From assembly GCF_009914755.1 (NCBI RefSeq), contig NC_060937.1: a stretch of 64,000 bases of DNA; one strand, written 5' to 3'. The notes beneath the pieces are model-generated. The model was not told where the DNA came from, ran no database searches, and saw nothing but the letters and a program-made list of their open reading frames with translations. Below are positions 44,731-57,839 of the stretch, piece after piece (the first letter of the stretch is position 1; the number at the start of each line of letters is the position of its first letter). The position numbers were made by a program, and so were the translations under genes. Origin of the DNA: the human T2T-CHM13v2.0 reference genome, Homo sapiens.

Positions 44731-46175
44731 AAGAACCAATGTATGCTGTACTTTAAAAACATCACCCTGTCTGATGTGTGTAAAAGAGTAGGAGGGGAAA
44801 AGAGTGGAAGAGGTAACAATATCAGAAGGCTATGGCAACATTTCAGTGTACGATGGTGGTGCTTTGGATGGGATATTGGTAACAGAATTGGAGACTAGTG
44901 GGTGGATACAAGATATATTTGCAAGGCTGTATATCAGGACATGGTGATTGATGATGGATGAAATGTGGAGGATGAGGGAGAAGAGGTATCAAGGTGAGTC
45001 CCAGATTTCTGGGTGAATGCAGGTGCACTAAACTCTGGTACATAACTTCTTGTAATTCCTGGAATGCTCTGCCAAGTCCTTGCATCTTTCACATGGAGTA
45101 CCCCTTTCCTGGACCAAATCCTTCAACTGATTAACTCTCATCTTTCAAGAGTCAACTCATAGTCTCCAGAATGGATTGTAAACTTCTACTTTGTGTTTAT
45201 ATATCACCTTGTGAATATTCCTATCTTATTATACTGTACTAGAATTGTCAGTTTATTCATCTGCCTCTTCTACCACAAAAAAAATTTTAAGGAAATGGTG
45301 ATTTATTTTCCATGAGTTTCAGCTGGGAAGAAACTAATTCCAAATGTTATCATATAATCAGAACTTTTCAAACCCTGTTACAGATTATTATAATACATTT
45401 AGCATTATATTTGTGAAGTCCACACTAATACAATGCATATAGACACAAGATAATATATCACTACCACTGTGACATAAAAAAAAAAAGTCAATTAATCAAT
45501 GATCAAACTTTTTCATAGTTATCTGTTATGATGAATGCCAGTGTGGTTCAATAAGAATAGATCTAAACTTGGGATTAGAAGATTGTGGTGCAAATCTGGG
45601 CACTGTTGTCCACTGGTGGGGTGATCCTGGGCCAGTTATTTTAGTTCTGTGTCAGAATATCTTCATGTATAAATTAGAGAGCATGCTAACAATAGGATGG
45701 GGTTTTAAGGAGTAAGTGAATTTATACAAGGAAAGGAGATCATCCCAGGAATTGGATATTTTATGCAGTAATAAATATAAGTTGACTTTCAGAGTGCTGT
45801 TAAGTGAATCAGTCTGCACGATAAGCCCCTGACTTTCAGTCTTAGGAGTTTAAGACAAAAGGCAGGCCTCAGTTTCTATGCCTAATATACTAAGACTTTT
45901 TAAAAGGCTCTGTGAAAACATCTTTTAGGTAAAGTTACTGCATATATTATAATATAAATGAAGATGAGCTCTAACAGCAGTGGCCACAACCACACACTGT
46001 GAAAATGAGTAAGAACTTTCTGAATACGGAGAGGTCTTTTTAGTTACTTCTAAACTTGTCGGAATGATCAATTTTTATAAGTATGAAATGATAAAGATAA
46101 ATTAAATATCCTCTACCAAAAGGAAGCTACTTTAAACCACCTTTGTAAATTAGGAATTGGTGAGTTCCTTCTTAC

Positions 46176-46371
46176 CTTTTGGGTAGATATCTTTTAGAGG
46201 GACTTCTCCTGGGGGTAAAATCCTCACTACCTGATTCGTATCTAAAAGAGTCACACAATTGCTTTGTTTTGGAGTCCCCCTTTTCTTCTTTCCTCTATAG
46301 AATGATGTATCAGTGCCACTTCGTTTATGCAAAGATGATGGTCTCTTCCAAGAATAAACTTCACTGGGTGA
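46176..46371 (-). CDS. VWA8: VWA8 coding exon H (196 nt): SPSEVYSWKRPSSLHKRSGTDTSFYRGKKKRGTPKQSNCVTLLDTNQVVRILPPGEVPLKDIYPK
   Basis: Long pyrimidine tract plus cag acceptor, AAG|gtaaga donor, phase 0 to 1; overlaps ORF 46150..46332. Confidence 0.95.
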
Positions 46372-46495
46372 CTGAAAAAAAGAAAGAGATTAAAGTACTG
46401 AAGTACCATATACTACATTCACCACAACCTTAACAACGCAGCCCTTTAAGCAGATACTAGTGGGAAACTAATGTTTCACAGGTATAAGAAAATCA

Positions 46496-46714
<219 letters not shown>

Positions 46715-46929
46715 GTCATTTGGATGTGGTACAGGAAGGAGGTAGCTGCTTTGTCAATAATCATAATTTTCAGACAAGTGTAAAATATACAAGTTAAATT
46801 TTTTACCTTGAAATCAATTACAACTAAACAGAAGAAATATAGGAATTAGTTAAAAAATAAAGTAAACATCTATACATAATAGAACATAACTAGCATTTTT
46901 AAAGCCCTGGGAGGGCTTCAAAAGTGATT

Positions 46930-48530
46930 GGGCCCCTTCCCAGTCATTCTCTCTCTCCCCTAGATTTAACTCTTCTGGAATTTTGTGTTATTTTTCCCTT
47001 GCTTTACTTTAAATTTTTACCACGTATGTATTTATCCTTCCTAAGATCATAAAGATAATTTCTTATGCTTTTTCTAAAAGTTTTAAGGCTTTATCTTTCA
47101 TAGTGAAGTCCTTAGCCTATCAGGAATTAATTTTTGTGAATGGTATGAAGTGGGGATCTGCATTCATCCTTTTCTCACATGTATAGTTTATTGTCCAAAT
47201 ACCACTAACTTTTGCCCATAGCAACAGTATCATAAAACACAGTTTATATGCAGGTATCTGTTTCTGGGCACTGCATTTTGTTCTATGGTGCATTTTTCTA
47301 TTCCCAGGCCAATACATGGTCTTAGTTACTGAAGTTTTATAATTATCCTTGAAATTTAATAGGAAGAGTACTTCTGTCTGGTCCTTCTTCAGAGATGTTC
47401 TGGTTATTGTTTGCCCTTGCAATAATGAGTTGCATTAGCTCTCTGCGTCCTTATCAGTACTTGGTATTGTCAGTGTTTTTTTTATTTTAGCCATTCTAAC
47501 GGGTAGGTACTAGTATCTCATCATGGTTTTAATTTGCATTTCTCTAATGACTAATGATGTCCAATAACTTTTCATGTACTTATTTGCCATCCCTCTATCC
47601 TCTTTGGTTAAGTGTTTGTTCAAGTCTTTTGCTCATTTTTTTTTTTCACATTTACCTTTAATTTTACTTCTATATCTACCTAAATACATTGAAATCTATG
47701 AGTTCACAAAAATATATCCAATTCCAATCTAATAACTACATGGTTCATTCTAGTTTTCTTCCTTTCAGTATCTGTAATTCCCCTCTCCAACAGTTAAAAA
47801 TTTGTTTTCATTATCCTTAATGTATTTTGTTACCCTTCATATATTTACTTTCTTGCTCAAGTCCACTGTATGTGACCCATCTCCCATCTCCACCACTAAC
47901 CTTACTCCCTGGGCAGATGCTCCACTCTACCTGCTTGGGTTCTGACAGCCCATAGGGGCTGCACTCACACAGGGACACATACTTCACCTTACTTGGGCTC
48001 CTACATCCCATTCCAGGCTGCCCCTTCACAGGAATGCCATCTTCATCCTGTTTGGGCTTAACGTCCATCACTAGTGGTTACCTCTCCCCACCATAGATGT
48101 CCTTACCTTGCTTGGGCTCTGATCTTTGATAACTCACACTGGCCTACTATTTGCTCATTTGTAAAATTAGGCTATTTGCCTTCTGACTGTTAAGTTTTAA
48201 GAATCTTTATAGACTCTAGATACCAGTTTTTGTTGGAAATGTGGTTTGCAAATATTTTTTCCCAGCCTGTAGATTGTCTTTTCATTCTCTTAACAGTGTC
48301 TTTTAACAGAGCTCAAATTTTAAATTTTGATGCAGCACAATTTATCAATTTTCTCTTTATATATCATGTCTAAGACACTATTACCATGTTTAATAGAATG
48401 GTAACAGTGGGCAACCTTGTTTTATTTCTAATGAGAAAAGAAAAGAAATACTTTTGATGTTTCACCATTGAGGATGATATTTGCTACAGATTCTTATAGC
48501 TATTTGGTATTAGATTTTAAAAGTTATACA
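46930..48530 (-). mobile_element. Mosaic of old L1M fragments
   Basis: Degenerate ORF2 peptide in ORF 47120..47422; ggttttaatttgcatttctctaatgactaatgatg. Confidence 0.7.
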
Positions 48531-49849
48531 AGTAATAATTTAGATGCCACTGATAACTCTATGAAAAAGTTAATAAGAGGTAGCATACTCATTTGTCAAT
48601 AGTTTCATACATAATCCAAAGAAGTTCACATAAAGCAAGAAGGCAGTGTGGTGTGGTAAAAGGATGTGTGTTAGAGGGCTGGCTAGTCACACTTGAGCTC
48701 AAATTCCATTGCTTATAATCTTTGTGGCCTAGGGGATATAAGCTCTGTCTGTTTCTATTTTTTTCATTTGTAAAACCTCATAGAATTGTTGTAAAAATTA
48801 ACTATCATGTATGAAAGGGCTTAGAGCAGCACACTGCCTATTCTGTTGTGGCCTAAAAGTATTACTGTCATCTTAAAGGCTGCCTAGCTGACTCTAATCT
48901 TCTATTTAACAAATACTCATTAAATACCTCCTATGTGGTAGGTACCACACTAAGTAGCAGGGATATAGCTTTTAATTTAACAAGGTCACTAGTGTTACAG
49001 GCTATAAGAATTTCTACAAGGTTAATAGAAACAGTGCCTTAACTTAGCTTTTATTTTCTAACTTTTTATAATAACATTATACTTCTATATTGATTTCTTC
49101 AATCAGAAGAAGGTAATTAGAAGATCAATTTTTAAAATAGTTTTATCTCCAGAAAAAGTCCCAATTTTTTTTTTACAGCAGCAAACATTGTAGAAAGCAT
49201 ATAAAACACATCTCTTTCATATCAAGGCTGCTATAAACACTGTATTTCAATAACGTTTCATTTTGAATTACATGATAGCAGATGCTTTTAACTTGATAAT
49301 TAGGAAAACATACATCAGAGTCCTAAGCCACATTATCCATTGAGTTTTAGATTTCAAATCTTATATCCTGAAGTACCCAGCATTCATTAACTATATTAAA
49401 ATGTTGAGGCATACAAAATTGGAGTACCGTCAAGCAGAGCCCATATTTTTATCTTTAAATAATTCTATCATCCCATCTAAAAGCTACAAAGGAAATTATA
49501 AAAATTAAATGTTTAGTCAGAACACATGGAGCTACATCTAAGGTTGTTAGATGGCAACTTGGACTGAAATAACTTTTATAATTAATTTCCCCACATTTCC
49601 ATCAGAGGAAGATGTCGCCCAGTTTCACCTACAGTCAATTCAAATAGCTTCTCCTTTATAGGTAATAGGAGATAACAGAAGGGCCCATCTAAGAGGAAAA
49701 TCAATTGAGACAATTAGCCATTATACTATAACCTGGATGCTGCAAAGATATGATAAATCAGAGCAAAACTCAATGGAAAATAAATCTATCTTCATGACTG
49801 TTGAAAATTTTAATCTACAATAATGACAATCCAACAAATTTAACTTTAC

Positions 49850-50125
49850 ACAGGAACAAAAAACCAAATATCACATGTTCTCACAAGTGGGAGCGAAACA
49901 TCGAGGACATACGGACACAAAGAAGGGAACAACAGATACTGACACCTACTTGAGGGTGGAGAGTGGGAGGAGGGTGAGGATCAAAAAACTACCTATCAGG
50001 TACTATGCTTATTATCTGGATGACCAAACCATCTGTACAACAAACTCCTGTGACATGCAATTTACCTATATAACAAACCTGCACACGTACACTTGAACCT
50101 AAAATAAAAGTTAATAAATAAATAT
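49850..50125 (+). mobile_element. 5'-truncated L1 3' end (older L1PA/L1PB type)
   Basis: Same family as 839-1079; ends aacctaaaataaaagttaa. Confidence 0.9.
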
Positions 50126-50483
50126 ATAGAATGTGTAGATGGAAAAATAATTAACTTTAAAAAATTATAGAAGACATGACAGAAAATTACCATCAGAAGG
50201 TTAAGCATTTAAACTGTATTACATGAACCCCCACATATGGAGAATACTCATTTCCCCCTACTAAATTCTATCATTGCATTACGCTTTCAATGTTAATTTT
50301 TGAAGTGTAATGAAACTATTTAGGTATAACATATTTTCTACTGACTGATTTGGAAGGAAGACTTGATCCAACATGTTTACCAGGAAATTATGTTTTTAAT
50401 TACCCCTCAAACAGGCTTACAGATTATAGGTCAAACTAAGGGAAAGAAACATTTATCCGATAATTTAAAAAATGGGTGCTTAC

Positions 50484-50638
50484 CATGAGATCTGGAAAAC
50501 CAACAACTATTGTAGCATAATTTTTCTCATCTGAGAGAATTCTGTTGGGAGAGGCAATCTTTTGTTCCACAGCTGAACTTAGATGTTCAGATGATAGTTG
50601 ATCACTGGAAATTTTATGAGGTATGCTGAACTCTGTTT
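50484..50638 (-). CDS. VWA8: VWA8 coding exon G (155 nt): ETEFSIPHKISSDQLSSEHLSSAVEQKIASPNRILSDEKNYATIVVGFPDLM
   Basis: acttttcag acceptor, ATG|gtaagc donor, phase 1 to 0; overlaps ORF 50436..50651. Confidence 0.95.
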
Positions 50639-51295
50639 CTGAAAAGTACAAACATTAGACACCATATGCTCCTGAAATGCTCCAGGAATTAATTTTTTGC
50701 AAGATTTTATTCTCAACAAGTCAAATGGAAAAGAACAAGTTAAAAAAGAGAAAACATTTTAAATTACATTCATGGGCTTTTGTTTGAAAAAATGCTGTTT
50801 TTATAATCAAGGCATCTTCCCAAAGTGATTTCAAGTATTTACAGAATTCAAAATTTTATTAGGAATAAATATTATAATTAATAGCTCCCTGTAGAAAAGA
50901 TGTAAAAACTGACCCAACCAAGGGTTGGCAATGGTATGTTTTAGATTTTTTTCGTAAGTACTATTCATCCCCCAAAACTGTGATAAATTAAATAGAAATC
51001 CCAATAGTCTGCAGAAAAAAGATGTTATCCTAAATTAGACTTGCAACCTAAATGTATATAAAAATACTGATCTGTCAGTTAAAAAAATTCAAGGACAGAG
51101 CTTACAACAGTGAACTTCCTTATGACAATTTGAGATACTAGATTCTTATTTACTATTTCTGGTGTAGTGACTAAGTTTTTTCTTTTGGTGTAAACTTAAC
51201 ATAGGCTGGTGTTTTGTTCTTAAATGATTCTAGAAGACAGTATATGTACAAGCATGCACTCACACAGCCATAAACACAGATGACATAGTATTTAC

Positions 51296-51405
51296 CTTGT
51301 GTAACTCCAAACCCTGTGCTGGGCGGCTCCTCTTTCAGCACATACAACTGGCAAACCCCACTACCCTCAGATTCGATGTGTGCAGGCTTAGTTAAAAGAT
51401 ATTTC
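51296..51405 (-). CDS. VWA8: VWA8 coding exon F (110 nt): KYLLTKPAHIESEGSGVCQLYVLKEEPPSTGFGVTQ
   Basis: gtttgcag acceptor, AAG|gtaaat donor, phase 2 to 1; overlaps ORF 51171..51419. Confidence 0.95.
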
Positions 51406-52449
51406 CTGCAAACAAACAAAACATCTAGCTTAAGTGAAATTTTTCTTTTTCTAATAGTAATAAGGCCAGACTAAGAAAAATTAGATTCTCCTCAGTCTCT
51501 TTTTTATAGTTCCAGTATAATTTGCAGTTTTAGAGTTTCATCATGAATTAACAAATAACTTCTCAACACTGTGTTAAAGAGCAGTGCACAACAGCAATAC
51601 AGTAATGAATGTGAGGCAAAAATCCAATGCTTCCTATAAGAGAAAGGGTTGTGGGGAGGGGAAGCAACTCTAATGGGGTGCACTCTTATTATCATGTAAC
51701 CCTCTCTTGATAAAACTCTTTGATCAGCCAGGAAGGGGGAGTATGACTTCTGATTTGTGATCAGCTAGGAGATAGATGCCCTCACAACTGTAGTCTCCTT
51801 GATCTACTTATTTTTAACATTTCTAAAATATGGATGTATATATAGGCAGAAATCCTCTGCAATGAGATACTTCTGCTTGTCAGCAGAGGGGCAGAAAGAG
51901 TCTGCACTTAGCTAGTGGAGTTGTGCATGAGGGAAGGTGCTCAAAGTCGACACCGCCTTTCATCAAGAACTGCACAGTCCAATGGGTCAGATAACATAAA
52001 CATAAACATAACCACATCCAAACCAGAATACACAAGATAAAAAGAGAAAGACACTTCTAAGGTGTGAACTCTGTGAATTTACAAAGAGGCAACAGCTCTA
52101 GGATAGAGACTGTGGCTCTTTGAAGGGAAAATCTACTTTGAAGTGTCTCCAGTTTAGCAAGAATACAGTGAATTCTCAATGTACAAATAGGAAAAAGCCC
52201 AAATAAATATGGATCATATGAAAAAGTCATGATTTTTTAACTGTTAATTTCAATGTCATTTTCTGAGAAGTGACATTTATTTTTTCTCCCCTCCTCAATT
52301 CTTATAAGTCTCATATATAGAGATGCTGCCAAACACAGAAATTGTTAAAGGACAGACACAGGAAAGACAGAACAGTAAAGATGTTGGATAATTCATAAAT
52401 AAGATTGAGCTACAACATACTCCATGATACACTATATAAAGCCACTCAC

Positions 52450-52575
52450 TGATTTGTTTTGCTCTCCACCAGAAGCCATTTGTCCTCTGCTACAAGGAAA
52501 ACTGTCTTGAGGTTGATGGGAAGTGAGATGGTGTGAGTTCGCCCTTCTAGAACATCCAGCACAGTCAGGCTGTTC
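52450..52575 (-). CDS. VWA8: VWA8 coding exon E (126 nt): NSLTVLDVLEGRTHTISLPINLKTVFLVAEDKWLLVESKTNQ
   Basis: ttcttctttttccag acceptor, TCA|gtgagt donor, phase 2 to 2. Confidence 0.94.
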
Positions 52576-53003
52576 CTGGAAAAGAAGAAAACTGTATCTG
52601 AAAGGAAATGGTGAGGATAATGGTTGAGTAATCTGGCATAATCATTTCATGATACATTATGCAACCCATAAAAAGAATGTTTTAAGATTAAGTAATAATA
52701 TAGAAAAATGTTAATTAAAAAAACAGATATGCAAAATTCTAAACTATGTCAGGGTGTGTATAAGTAAAAATAATGGAAAGTAGTAACCATTGCCATGTTA
52801 GTAGTGGCTATGTCATGGAATTGTGAGCACTAGCTTTTCTTATATCTGTTTCTCAATATTCTGCAATGTGGGCAAGTTACTTTATATTAAAACATTCATA
52901 ATTTGGTTACATTCACTTTATAGTAAACAAGTATAATCAAAATAGGAAATAGAATGGGCCAAATAAGAACTCCAGTTTAAATCCTCTATAATAAAGAGCT
53001 CAC

Positions 53004-53068
53004 CCTTTTTCTTTGTAGAACACCAGCCAGTTTTTGTGTGAAAATTCTTTACACATTTTATAAGTTTC
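53004..53068 (-). CDS. VWA8: VWA8 coding exon D (65 nt): ETYKMCKEFSHKNWLVFYKEKG
   Basis: gtctttag acceptor, AGG|gtgagc donor, phase 0 to 2. Confidence 0.93.
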
Positions 53069-53991
53069 CTAAAGACAAACAAAACAAGATATTCATATTA
53101 AATGTGTCAGATACAGTCATGTCCCTCTTTAGCTACTTCCCCTTAAATAAAATAAAGTTCTTCAACTAGTAAAACATGTAATTCTCAAACAAGCTATCTA
53201 TTTATCTGCTCTAAGACTCTTATGGTAAAATGGATTAAACTATATATCAAAATTTACTGTGAACTTTGTACTAAAGCCTCTTCAGAATAAATTTTTAAAA
53301 ACAACACCAAACATTGTTAAGAAATAACAGGCTATCTGATGATTAACCATGGAATTTACACCATAAAATAAACACATGGGAAACACTTTGTTTCTTATAT
53401 TAGGATACATTTATGACATTAAAAAAAATCACTCTTTTCATAGTCTTTTAAGACCTAAGTATGTTGACTTGCAGGGCAGAGGGTAAACCTTATTTTAAAT
53501 CCATTATTTTTTTCTGAATGGCAGAATAAATTCTCTTGTGTTGGCCTAAACTATTTACTTACTAGTTTAATTTAGTTAATAAACTAAAACACTTATTTGT
53601 CTAATGGAGGAAATTAGGTATCATACTCACAGTTTCATCATATAAATCCAAAACATAACTACATAACTGGAAAACAGGTTAAATTGACTCCATGATCAGA
53701 AATTTGTTAAAAATACGATATTCAAATAGTTTTTAATTTTCTCTTATTGTTAGTCCAGTCCTGGCAAATCTTCATGCAAGTATAATGTCATAAAAAGAAT
53801 TTATTGATATTTAATTATACACATATCTATGGTTATATATATCATGTTAAAATCTATACGTGCATAACAGGAAATTCTCTTGTGCATTACAACAAAAAAG
53901 GCACTTAAAGGGATGGGCATGCATGCATCTTTCTGGTTAGAAAGCTATAGAAATCCTTGGCAATTTGTGGGACAAATGTGGTGTTTCTTAC

Positions 53992-54102
53992 AGCTTCTTC
54001 TTTGTTCCACCAGAAAGGTTTCTTAGATGTAAACTTCTCGGAAGGGAGGATGAGACGATGAAGGGCCCGGCCAGTAGTATCTAACAACAGGATAACATTA
54101 CT
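53992..54102 (-). CDS. VWA8: VWA8 coding exon C (111 nt): SNVILLLDTTGRALHRLILPSEKFTSKKPFWWNKEEA
   Basis: atttgcag acceptor, GCT|gtaaga donor, phase 0 to 0; overlaps ORF 53905..54108. Confidence 0.95.
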
Positions 54103-57100
54103 CTGCAAATGATAAAAACAGTGAAAAGCTCAAGATTTGTTCTTTTTTTTTTTTTTTTTAAAGCAGCAACCTCTTGGCAACCTGACAGTGAAGGTTATAG
54201 TGATAAATCAAAACAAAGACAATATTGTAATACTTAAGAAATATCACAAAGACATTAAGTGATTTTTCTTAAGAATCACAAAGAATTAAGTGCTTCTTAA
54301 TTTAAGAATTTAAAATTTTTGGTGGTTTTATGAAGACGTTTCTAAATATGTGATGCAGAAGGTATTCTCTTTAAATATTTTTATGTAAAAACCATTCCCT
54401 TTTAAATATAAGCTAGTTGAACCATGATTCTGTTTTATTATCTAGTTATAAGGAAATTACAAGGATTGATGATTTTAAGAAATTCATCTACCTGTAACAA
54501 AATTATACTTAGAGAATGCTCAGTTGAAAGCTCTCTTATATTGTGCATAATTAAATCTCATTTATCTTTTTCACAAATCCAGGTTCAATTTAGAAAATAG
54601 GTATAAAATAGATATAAAGAGGACTAAGCAAGAAATATGAAGGACTCCAAGAAACTAGCTAGTAATGAATGTTCCTTCATTTAGAAATTCACCAAGCTTG
54701 AAGAACCTTCATAACTGGTGCTGTAATAAAGTACAAACAACAGATTTCTGCAGCATTATTAATCACAGCTATGCAATGATGTAATCTTTCAGTAATTAGG
54801 ATACGTTTTTTTAAGAAAATAAATAAACCTTATGTGTTGAAATAAATGAACTGAAATACATGAAATAAAAACTTAACATTGAGAAAGCCAGAAAAAATTA
54901 AATATTTTAAAGGGATGCAAAGAAGTTGGCTTTTTAGTTAAAATATAAAGAATTTTGAAGATTAGACTAACAGGTTTGCAGAAAGGTACCTGCAAGTTAT
55001 TTGTCAGACCTCATTGTTATGCGGGTGTCTTTTCTTTCTTTGTTTTATTTTATTTTAAATGTGGGGCTCCTCCAGTTATCCTAACTCTTGTGAACTTTTC
55101 ATTTCAAGAAGAATTTCTTTTGGAGAAAATAAAGTCACAAAGCACATGAAGAATTAATAAAAACCTTGAAAAATATAGAAAACAATAAAATGTGAAGTGT
55201 TTGTTCATTTTTTCCATAATATTTATTGAGGAGCTTATATTTAATATATAAAGAATACAACAATGAATTAATCATGACCCTTGCCTTCTGTCATATAATT
55301 TAGTTAGAGAAATAAAAAGAAATGTAAAAAAATGAATGATTCATCTGCAAATCTAGCATCTCAGTGTGGGTTTAATTTTATTTTACAAGCTAATTTTGTG
55401 GAAGTGTTCAAGAATTAAAATAGTATTTGCACCATATAACTCACTTCACACCATATACTCTGAATTTTATTTGTATTAAAAAATTTTACTAAGCATGTTA
55501 ACCAAGCTTAAATTTCTTTCATAAACATCACCCTTAGAATGTATCATTCTGTATAAGATATAATTCTCCATTAAGAATGTGTGTTAGAAATATTCTTTTA
55601 AAAATTAACATATAAGAAGTGTCATTCACCACTACTTGACAGTTTTGAAAATGGTAATGATATCTTAGAGTTTTCCTTAAGAAAAAAATAAAATTAAGTT
55701 AAAAATTTATAATCTCTATTCTAGATTAAATATTTTTTGAATGAGTACTTTTTGATGGAAAAAATATTTCTTGTATAATAAATATGTACAACGTTAAAAT
55801 GAATTCTTAGCACTTAAGCAATTTGGGATAATATTAGCCTTTGTAAGCAAAGGAAGTCCTAAAAATGTTTCATGCCCAAAAATGAGTAAGCATAAGAATA
55901 AGCAGTTGATTAAACAAATATGATCAAGCAGAAAAAGAAGTTAGTATCGTCTTCCATTTTCCTACCTTTTTAGGGTCTAATACTTACATATTCATAACAT
56001 GGCATAAGTGAACTGAAAAACTGTATCTTTCTAAGTGACAGAAAACATGTATTTCCAGCCACTGCTGTATTTAGAATTAGTTTATAAGCAATTGGCAACA
56101 TGAAGGAGTTCTGTTGCTCCATCCTTTTAGATGTTAATGGTTTCCTTCTGTAAATGACTAATGATAGATTCTGTCTGGGTTTAAAAATAGAATTTTGCGT
56201 CACACATGAGTACATGTAACTGTGGCTTTGGCACTCCTTTAAGGGGGGCAGGGAGGAGACGCGAGTGAGCAATTTTATTATGTTTGTATTTAACTGGGAG
56301 AAAAGTAACCTCTGGATGACCTCAATGTCCCTAAATCTGAAATTCTAAACTTTGTACAGATGTAATAAATAATCTCATGGGGAGTGGGGGAAGGGGAGGG
56401 TCTTTATTTTTAGGCATGGCAAAGTTTCCCTTTCCTTACTTAAGATTTTATTTTAGCAAGGAATTTTTGAACAACTTCTTAAACTAACCAGGGACATGCA
56501 TCTGAGCAAAGCTTTATGTTAAAAAGGCAAGGAATAGCCGAATTCATGGAAGTACTTCTCTATAATATTTTGCTTCATTTTCAGTTAGGGTAGAATGAAG
56601 AAGAAGGAATTGATGGCAGTCTACTTATTTTTCATTCCACTAGAATTATTTATCAGTTGTTAAATTTCACAGCTGTGTGCTGTTCACATGGAATTTTACA
56701 GGTCTGACATCTTGACAGAGGTATATTGTAAAATAAGATACTCTCTCCGGGAAAAGAGAAGGCAGTTTAGAGGACAGGTAGAGAGGAAGTATACAGATAA
56801 GGTGTGCAGGTCTGCTCAGGGTTCCGAAGCAGTTTCCTGGAAAACTTGAAACTGTGGCCAAAGGGGTAAGTAAGGCAGTATATGAGGAGGCAAGATGCTG
56901 GCTATGGAAGTCAAGCACAGCTTCACAATGAAAATCAGATTTTCTTTCATGAAAGTAATTGAAATTAAATAAGGTATTAATCAGCAATGTTACCAAATAA
57001 TTGGATCTTTTGAGGAAATAAAACTCTTGCTGAGAACCTACAAATCTGGCACTTTTATTAAAGAATTTGTGTATGTAAATTTGACAGTTAATTTGACAGC

Positions 57101-57839
57101 TGAAAATGTGGCAGGACTGTTAAAATAAATATTCCAAATGTAGTCTCATCCAATTTTGACTGATTTACTAAATTACAAACCACCAAGATATCATGTACCT
57201 TTTATGACACATTGTTTTGGTTATAGAGTTAAATTCAATGGCATCAATACTTTGTTGAAAATCTTTAAAGTAAAACCCTCATTCCAATTTTCAGGAGACA
57301 AAGTTTTATAAACAATATCTGGATGTTTATAAATTCTGCTCCTAGGAGAAAGTAAAAGTAAAAATAAAAAAGTGAAAACAAAATCAGAAAAATACTTATA
57401 ACTCAGAATTTGTGATAATTTCTGGTGGCAAGGACTAAAGTTAAAGTTGACTTATTTCCTCAATGAACTACTGATATATTATGCAATACTTTTCTCTTGA
57501 TTAGTGAAAGTATTATTTCTTGGTAGCACTTTGCTCTTTAAATATTCATAAGTAACAACACTGCATTTAAAAAATATTTTCCTATTATGAGTACTTTTTA
57601 ATTTTCAAACTAATCTTTTTCCCCAAATCTGTAGTGAGTGAGAGAGTAGGTGATGTTTAATTCTGGTAGGGTCAATCCAATATGCTATGAATCTCAGTTC
57701 TGCTATGTACTTGCCAGACAAGTTACTTGAAGTCTGAGCCTCAGTCCTCTCATATGTAAATGTGGCTGAGAGCTACCCTCACTGGGCAGCTGGAAGAATA
57801 ACATGAGTAATGTAAGCAATCTCTTACATGTTATGTCAT

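Noticed and set aside
47910-48122. CRISPR-like repeat-spacer appearance
   Set aside because: Repeats are short and degenerate, spacers resemble each other, the context is human intronic L1, and there are no cas genes.
54142-54158. A17 run on the transcript strand as a poly(A) site or retrocopy tail
   Set aside because: No attached retroelement or TSD; more likely a simple run and an oligo-dT mispriming site.
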